Below the pieces are notes generated by a model. That model worked only from the letters and a program-made list of their open reading frames with translations. It was not told the origin of the DNA and ran no database searches. A stretch of DNA of 60,757 nt from Candidatus Aenigmatarchaeota archaeon (lineage in GTDB: Archaea > Aenigmatarchaeota > Aenigmatarchaeia > GW2011-AR5): positions 1-60,757 of the forward strand of contig JBHOSK010000002.1 in assembly GCA_042584825.1 (NCBI GenBank), written 5' to 3'. How positions within the stretch are numbered: the first letter of the stretch is position 1; each line of letters begins with the position of its first letter. Below are positions 54,906 to 60,757 of this stretch, piece by piece. The position numbers and the translations under genes are program-made.

Positions 54906-55730
54906 ATGGTAATAAATGCTAAAATTTCTGATGCCTTAAAAACAATCGGGCTGAATAAATATGAGAGAAATTTGTGGGTAGCTTTACTTGCAAGAAGTTC
55001 TGCGACAGCCGGTGAATTAGCAGACATTTCAAAAGTGCCTAGGTCAAGATGTTACGATGTTCTTGAATCATTAGCTGATAAAGGATTTGTAATTGTTCAA
55101 CCAGGAAAGCCAATGAAGTATGTGGCAATTAAACCACGTGAAGCTTTAGAAAGAGCAAAGAAAAAAGTACAATTAGACTCAACAGAAACTTGTTCAAAAA
55201 TAGACAGACTTTGCAAAACTGACATAATGAAGGAACTTGAAAGAGTTTACAAAGACAGTTTTCAGACAGTTTCTCCTGAGGAATTGTCAGGTTCATTAAG
55301 AGGAAGATATTCCTTGGTTCAGCAAACCGAGACAATGATGAAGAAGGCAAGGAAATATGCAAAGATTATAACAACAGAAGATTCTTTTATTGAACTTGTT
55401 AAAAACTATTCATCAGTGATTCAGAAAATGTCAAAGAGTGGTGTTAAGGTTAACATATTAGCTCCATTAAATAAAAACACAAAGGAGTATGCAAGTACCA
55501 TATCAAAATATGCAAAAATAAGGAACTATGCAGACACCGAACATGTAGGTAAAATGTTTGCAAGATTTTTCATCGTTGATGGCGAAGAATCTTGTGTAGG
55601 TCTTACCGATGACAAGAAAACACACGAATCACAAGATGTTGCATTCTGGACTCAAAGCAGACACGTTACATCAAATACGTTTGAACCGATGTTTAATCTA
55701 GTATGGCACAATTCAAAGGAATTCAAGTAA
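54906..55730 (+). CDS. TrmB-family transcriptional regulator
   Basis: N-terminal wHTH LGLNKYERNLWVALLARSSATAGELADISKVPRSRCYDVLESLADKGFV, plus a C-terminal effector-like domain. Confidence 0.8.
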   Translation: MVINAKISDALKTIGLNKYERNLWVALLARSSATAGELADISKVPRSRCYDVLESLADKGFVIVQPGKPMKYVAIKPREALERAKKKVQLDSTETCSKIDRLCKTDIMKELERVYKDSFQTVSPEELSGSLRGRYSLVQQTETMMKKARKYAKIITTEDSFIELVKNYSSVIQKMSKSGVKVNILAPLNKNTKEYASTISKYAKIRNYADTEHVGKMFARFFIVDGEESCVGLTDDKKTHESQDVAFWTQSRHVTSNTFEPMFNLVWHNSKEFK

Positions 55731-55810
55731 AATCACTGCAAGTATAGGTCAAATGTCTAGGCAGTATGCTAAAGATTTCTTTTTTTTGTTTATATTTAAT
55801 TTAAAAAAAA

Positions 55811-56326
55811 TCATCTTTTAGTATTTGGAACATTTAACAATTGTTCTGGCGACAACAAAGAAATACCTGCTTTATTTTTAATTATTTCGATTCTTATAAC
55901 TTGTTGTGGCTTTTTTAGATCAACAATTGGTTTGTTTATTGGATCTGTGAATTTTTTTATCATTTCTGATACGCTTTTATTATATAAGCGTTTGTTTATT
56001 TCCAATTTCCAGCTTTTTTTTGGATCAATTTTTTTATCAATAGCCTTCATTGTTTTTACTACTGTAGTCAATTTAGAATCGACCCATTTCTCAATAGGTA
56101 CCCAATTGAATGTGTATTGAAATAATGAAGGATCGTTTTCACATGTTTTTTTCACTTTTTCTACTACCTTTTTTGCGTCCTTTTTTGTTTTTAATAAGAA
56201 AACTCCTTCTACAGGACTTTTTAGAAAACGAGTATCACTTATTAATGCCCTTACCTCACGTTCTGCGCTGCTTATATGAGCTGGCTCATAAGTAACTACT
56301 AAATTAGCATCTACCATATATCCCAC
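55811..56326 (-). CDS. THUMP-domain RNA-binding protein
   Basis: Size and pattern (LVVTYEP...AEREV...GVFLLKT...W.P...IRIEI) resemble stand-alone archaeal THUMP proteins. From memory only. Confidence 0.45.
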   Translation of the reverse strand: MGYMVDANLVVTYEPAHISSAEREVRALISDTRFLKSPVEGVFLLKTKKDAKKVVEKVKKTCENDPSLFQYTFNWVPIEKWVDSKLTTVVKTMKAIDKKIDPKKSWKLEINKRLYNKSVSEMIKKFTDPINKPIVDLKKPQQVIRIEIIKNKAGISLLSPEQLLNVPNTKR

Positions 56327-56424
56327 CCTAGTAAAAATATGACTGCAAGGTTTATTAGGCTTTTTGGGACGAAAATTGAAGCAAAACTAAGCTTTTTAAA
56401 TTTTATTCACCAATCTTTAACACT

Positions 56425-58602
56425 ATGGCAACCGATAAAACAGATCTCATAAGAGATATAATGAAAACACCAGAATATATTAGAAACATAGGAATTGCTG
56501 CCCATATCGATCACGGCAAGACAACACTGACAGATAATATACTTGCTGGTGCGGGCATGATTTCTGACGAATTAGCTGGTAAACAGTTATTTACTGATTT
56601 CGATAAGCAAGAGCAAGAAAGAGGAATTACTATCTTTTCTGCTAATGTTAGTATGGTCCATGAATATGATGGAAAGAATTATTTGATTAATCTTATTGAT
56701 ACACCAGGTCATGTTGACTTTGGTGGAGATGTTACAAGAGCAATGCGCGCTGTTGATGGTGCAATAATAGTTGTTGATGCAGTTGAAGCAATAATGCCGC
56801 AGACGGAGACAGTTGTTCGTCAGGCTTTGAGAGAACGAGTAAAGCCTATACTGTTTATTAATAAAGTCGATCGTTTGATTAAAGAATTACAGCTTACACC
56901 TGAAAAAATGCAAGAGAGATTTTTGAATGTAATTATGCAAGTAAATAAGCTAATACAGAAATATGCAGAAAAAGAATATCAAGAAAAATGGTTGGTAAAG
57001 GTTGAAGATGGTTCAGTTGCGTTTGGTTCTGCATATAGAAATTGGGCAATATCATTTCCATTCATGAAAAAAATGAACATAAGCTTTAAGGATATTATTG
57101 ACCTTTGTTCTGGTGGTAATGATAAAGAACTTGCAGAAAAGTCACCACTACATAAAATTGTTCTTGATATGGTTATAAGACATATGCCAAATCCGCTAGA
57201 TTCACAGAATTATAGAATAGAAAAAATATGGCAAGGTGAAATTGATTCCGACATTGGAAAATCTATGAAAGTAATGGATTCAACAGGACCTTTGGCTGCA
57301 ATTATAACGAAGGTTAATCCCGATCCACACGCGGGTTTAGTTGCAACAGCACGAATATTTTCAGGTACACTTAAACGAGGAAGCGAAGTTACTCTTGTAT
57401 CACAGCATCAGCAAAAGAGAGTGCAACAAATAGCTATTTACAAAGGACCTCAACGAATACAAATGGAGGAAATACCTGCTGGCAATATTATAGCACTAGT
57501 TGGATTACCTGATGCATTTTCTGGTGAGACAATATGCGGAGGTGATCGTGAGATTCATCCATTTGAGGCAATAAAACACATATTTGATCCTGTAGTAACA
57601 AAAAGTATAGATTGTAAAGATCCTCAGAATCTTCCAAAGCTGATTATTTTTTTGAAACAGGTCAGTAGAGAAGACCCGACACTTGTGGTAAAGATAGATG
57701 AAGATACTGGTGAGTACTTGGTTTCAGGTTTGGGTGAACTACACATAGACGCAAAAATAGAAAGACCACTGAAGGAAAAGGGTATTGATGTAACAACATC
57801 ACCACCTATTGTTATTTATCATGAAACTGCAAGGCAAGTAAGTCCTGAAGTAGAAGGTAAATCATCAAACAAACACAACAAATTTTATATTACTCTTGAG
57901 CCGTTATATCAAGAAGTTTATGATGCTCTTGTAAGCGGAGATATTGAAGAAACCAATATAAGAAAAAATCTGAAAAACCTTATTCCAAAATTTGTTGAAC
58001 TCGGTATGGGAAGAAACGAAGCAAAAAAGATATATGATGTTTATAATAGGAATATGCTTATCGATGCTACAAAGGGTATTCAGCATTTAAGCGAGACAAT
58101 GGAACTTGTTATTGAAGCTTTTAGACGAGTAATGAATCAAGGTCCTCTTGCTGGAGAACCATGTACGGGTATTTTAATGAAGGTGCATGATGCAAAACTT
58201 CATGAAGATGCAATTCATAGAGGACCAGCACAAGTTGTTCCTGCAGTTAGTGATGCAATGAAAGAAGCATTATTGAAAACAAAACCAACATTCCTTGAAC
58301 CCATTCAAACCATAAGAATTGACCTTCCAGAAGATGTTATGGGTTCTGCTATGACGCAGGTACAAAACAGAAGAGGACAAATACTTGATACAACCGTTGA
58401 ATACGGAACAGCTATAATAAAATCAAAGCTTCCTGTTTCTGAGATGTTCGGATTTGAAGCTGTGTTAAAAAGTGCAACACAGGGTAAAGGATTCTATTCA
58501 TTAATAGATGTTACGTTTGAAAGAATACCCGAAGAACTGAAAATGCCAGCTATATTAAAGGTAAGAGATAGAAAAGGCATGAATAAGGAATTCAAAGTTT
58601 AG
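56425..58602 (+). CDS. fusA: translation elongation factor 2 (aEF-2)
   Basis: G1 AHIDHGKTTL, DTPGHVDF, NKVDR, and the diphthamide-site region HEDAIHRGPAQV. Confidence 0.95.
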   Translation: MATDKTDLIRDIMKTPEYIRNIGIAAHIDHGKTTLTDNILAGAGMISDELAGKQLFTDFDKQEQERGITIFSANVSMVHEYDGKNYLINLIDTPGHVDFGGDVTRAMRAVDGAIIVVDAVEAIMPQTETVVRQALRERVKPILFINKVDRLIKELQLTPEKMQERFLNVIMQVNKLIQKYAEKEYQEKWLVKVEDGSVAFGSAYRNWAISFPFMKKMNISFKDIIDLCSGGNDKELAEKSPLHKIVLDMVIRHMPNPLDSQNYRIEKIWQGEIDSDIGKSMKVMDSTGPLAAIITKVNPDPHAGLVATARIFSGTLKRGSEVTLVSQHQQKRVQQIAIYKGPQRIQMEEIPAGNIIALVGLPDAFSGETICGGDREIHPFEAIKHIFDPVVTKSIDCKDPQNLPKLIIFLKQVSREDPTLVVKIDEDTGEYLVSGLGELHIDAKIERPLKEKGIDVTTSPPIVIYHETARQVSPEVEGKSSNKHNKFYITLEPLYQEVYDALVSGDIEETNIRKNLKNLIPKFVELGMGRNEAKKIYDVYNRNMLIDATKGIQHLSETMELVIEAFRRVMNQGPLAGEPCTGILMKVHDAKLHEDAIHRGPAQVVPAVSDAMKEALLKTKPTFLEPIQTIRIDLPEDVMGSAMTQVQNRRGQILDTTVEYGTAIIKSKLPVSEMFGFEAVLKSATQGKGFYSLIDVTFERIPEELKMPAILKVRDRKGMNKEFKV

Positions 58603-58612
58603 AAAAATCTTT

Positions 58613-59047
58613 TTAAAAAGTCATTTTTACTGGGGTTTCATCGATACTTGTAAAATACCAATAACCACGATGTCTTTTTGTTCCAGCATATTCCCAGATA
58701 GCATTATCCCAATCAATTTCATTATCAGGAACTATTGTAGGAACACCAGGAACTATTGTAGGAGAATCCACGCGTGATAATACAGGGGCCAAACCACCGG
58801 TTTCGTTTATTCTTGCACCAACAATTTCATAAACTCTACCAGGTCCTTTTCCGTCTAACTTTTCTCCGCTGTAATCAACATGATGTCTAAAATGAGCAAC
58901 CCGTATAAGATCTCCAGGTGCGAGTTTACTTGTATCTTGTGGGTCAGAGCCAGGATCGTAACAACTTCGGAAACGATCTAGTCCGCCTTTCATTATAGTT
59001 TTTTCTATCTCAACAATTACCATAAATATCATCATCCGTGTATTCAT
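58613..59047 (-). CDS. hypothetical protein
   Basis: 144-aa ORF downstream of rps7. No family recognised. Confidence 0.4.
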   Translation of the reverse strand: MNTRMMIFMVIVEIEKTIMKGGLDRFRSCYDPGSDPQDTSKLAPGDLIRVAHFRHHVDYSGEKLDGKGPGRVYEIVGARINETGGLAPVLSRVDSPTIVPGVPTIVPDNEIDWDNAIWEYAGTKRHRGYWYFTSIDETPVKMTF

Positions 59048-59073
59048 AAGGAGAATTAAATGTTTTTAAATCT

Positions 59074-59775
59074 TTATCTTGCACCGGTTGCTTCCCTTTC
59101 TATTCGTTCTTTTTCTTGGATAGCAGATGACTGATTTGAGCCTTTTGATGCGTTTATTAGTTCCTCAGCAAGACTAGCTGCTAAACTGCGCTTGGAGCGG
59201 AATGATTTTCTATATGAACCTTGAGCAATATATCTAAGGGTTTTATCAATTCTACGTTGTGGTGAAGTTACAACAGCTTCACGTGCTACTATAGAACCCA
59301 ATTGAAAAGAAACAATTTCTTCTCGTGCTGCGGCGTTCTCGATAGCCGTTACAAGTATTTGTATAGGATTTTTTTTCTCCTTTTTTTCAATAATATCTAA
59401 TGATTTTTCGACGTGTTTTAACACTGTGTCAAGAGATCCACCAAAACGACCACTTGATAGTCTATGGTTCTTACCTCTATGACCAGAAATTAGAAAATGT
59501 AATGCTAAACGTTCTACGATATGCATTTTTGATTTATGAAAACGTTCTCTTTTTGTTCCAGCGCTTCTTGGTAGTAATCTAGGATATAGATTGATATATT
59601 TTTTTAATCCAGGATCTTTTACTTCAGCATTTGTGTCCCATTTATTGAAAAGTTTTATTGGAATTGGAGGTAAAACTTCCTTTTTTTCTTCCTTTATCTT
59701 TACTTCTTTATCTTCCCTTTTTCTTATTGGTCTTTTACCTTTCATTTTATTTCTCATCATCAATATACACCACAT
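59074..59775 (-). CDS. rps7: 30S ribosomal protein S7 (uS7)
   Basis: ...ERLALHFLISGHRGKNH...AIENAAAREE...YRKSF... uS7 pattern, directly downstream of rps12. The true start may be an internal Met, because the N-terminus is unusually long and basic. Confidence 0.85.
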   Translation of the reverse strand: MWCILMMRNKMKGKRPIRKREDKEVKIKEEKKEVLPPIPIKLFNKWDTNAEVKDPGLKKYINLYPRLLPRSAGTKRERFHKSKMHIVERLALHFLISGHRGKNHRLSSGRFGGSLDTVLKHVEKSLDIIEKKEKKNPIQILVTAIENAAAREEIVSFQLGSIVAREAVVTSPQRRIDKTLRYIAQGSYRKSFRSKRSLAASLAEELINASKGSNQSSAIQEKERIEREATGAR

Positions 59776-60200
59776 TATCTTGTAGGTTTTTGCTTTCTAC
59801 CTGTTCTTATCATTTCTAATGAAACATTATTTACTTTTACAACACGCCATTTTACTCCTGACATACTACCAACAGCACCACCCTGTGAGCCACCCATACC
59901 TTCTACGACAACTTGATCGTGTTCAGATACATGGCCAATTGCACCGGTTCTTGGTACAAAGGCTGTTATTTGTTTACCATTTTTCAATAAACGTACTCTT
60001 ACACATTTAATTAACCCCGATGATGGTTGTTTTTGTTCTATTATTCTTTTTTCTAAAACAATACCCTTTGCTTGTGGAGCGCCCTCTAATGGATCCTTTT
60101 TCTTTTTTGTTTTAAGCATTCTAGCGCGATAGTTTGCACTTCTCCATCTAGCTGTTTTCCTATCTTTGATCAACTTTCTAGCACCAAATTCTCCTGCCAT
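59775..60200 (-). CDS. rps12: 30S ribosomal protein S12 (uS12)
   Basis: ...PLEGAPQAKGIVLEK...KQPSSGLIKCVRVRLLKNGKQITAFVP... archaeal uS12 pattern. Confidence 0.9.
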   Translation of the reverse strand: MAGEFGARKLIKDRKTARWRSANYRARMLKTKKKKDPLEGAPQAKGIVLEKRIIEQKQPSSGLIKCVRVRLLKNGKQITAFVPRTGAIGHVSEHDQVVVEGMGGSQGGAVGSMSGVKWRVVKVNNVSLEMIRTGRKQKPTR

Positions 60201-60309
60201 TTATAATCACCGAGACTATGGGGATATATGAAACAAACGTACTTCGTACGTCAAATATGTTATCTCATTCGTCTCCATAGAATTTAAGTACAAAACTATT
60301 AAAATGCTT

Positions 60310-60726
60310 TTATTTTATCTTCAGGCTCTCTACATCGAAAAGACGATGAAGGATTTCGTTTATGACCTTTATATTTTTCCCTCCTTTTCCTATTACCTTT
60401 GCCTTGAGATTCTGCTTAACTTTTATAAAAATGACCTTTCCACTTTCCTCATCATTTATGTTTATTTCGTTGGTTTCTGGAATAACATTTTTTATGAACG
60501 TTTCCAAGTCAGTAGAGTATTCAAACACCTTTATATTTTTTTTCAAAACCTTTTCAGCGTTTTTTATTTTCATACCGCTTTTACCTACAGCAAGCCCATA
60601 TTGACCTTCTGCTACTACAAAGTATATATCTTCATCCTCGTCTACACAATCAATTATATTAGAACCAGTTAAATTCCTAAAAATATTTATCAATTGTATT
60701 GTCTTTTGGTCTAGTGTTACTTTCAT
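60310..60726 (-). CDS. nusA: archaeal NusA-like transcription factor (two KH domains)
   Basis: GxxG KH motifs (VGKSGMKIKN and IGKGGKNIKV) in 138 aa, upstream of rps12-rps7. Confidence 0.85.
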   Translation of the reverse strand: MKVTLDQKTIQLINIFRNLTGSNIIDCVDEDEDIYFVVAEGQYGLAVGKSGMKIKNAEKVLKKNIKVFEYSTDLETFIKNVIPETNEININDEESGKVIFIKVKQNLKAKVIGKGGKNIKVINEILHRLFDVESLKIK

Positions 60727-60757
60727 TATTCATAACCTACTGCTGCTATTGGAAAAG

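Noticed and set aside
60727-60757. Possible 3' end of another minus-strand gene upstream of nusA (frame ending ...SSRL-TGA just before the nusA ATG)
   Set aside because: Only about 8 codons are visible at the window edge, so it cannot be identified.

Overview
This is a low-GC (about one third by eye) archaeal chromosomal fragment. The gene content suggests a small-genome, DPANN-like archaeon, but that placement is inference. The archaeal assignment rests on the core genes: MCM, TBP, aEF-2, uS12/uS7/NusA, eL43, RpoP, prefoldin beta, SepF, class I CCA-adding enzyme, Hef/XPF, diphthine synthase, AsnRS, an SRP RNA and two intron-containing tRNAs. Between these lie accessory blocks. (1) 0.4-6.7 kb: four translationally coupled secreted lipoproteins (two M23-like paralogs, an LVIVD propeller, a BNR/Asp-box propeller). 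(2) 8.2-12.4 kb: a copper locus (membrane wHTH regulator, HMA-membrane fusion with a Cys/Gly tail, Cys4 protein, CopA). (3) At least seven proteins with pilin-type or TM-anchored N-termini (five with clear class III signal peptides) carrying LamG or CBM-like adhesin domains, including a tandem pair with near-identical N-terminal halves and divergent C-termini. (4) 35.7-39.2 kb: an MtnA / class II aldolase / Zn-ADH / LsrF-like aldolase operon resembling a DHAP-shunt salvage route. (5) A Hef helicase and Hef nuclease split by a Nudix gene. The most unusual structure is at 22.7-29.5 kb. The last 13 nt of the tRNA-Thr(UGU) gene recur six more times, all in the tRNA orientation, all outside annotated coding sequence and all on its 3' side. 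These copies cut 6.7 kb of accessory genes into six short cassette-like segments, and no recombinase is visible. No rRNA or CRISPR array was seen. All functional calls come from motif recognition in the supplied translations, with no database search.
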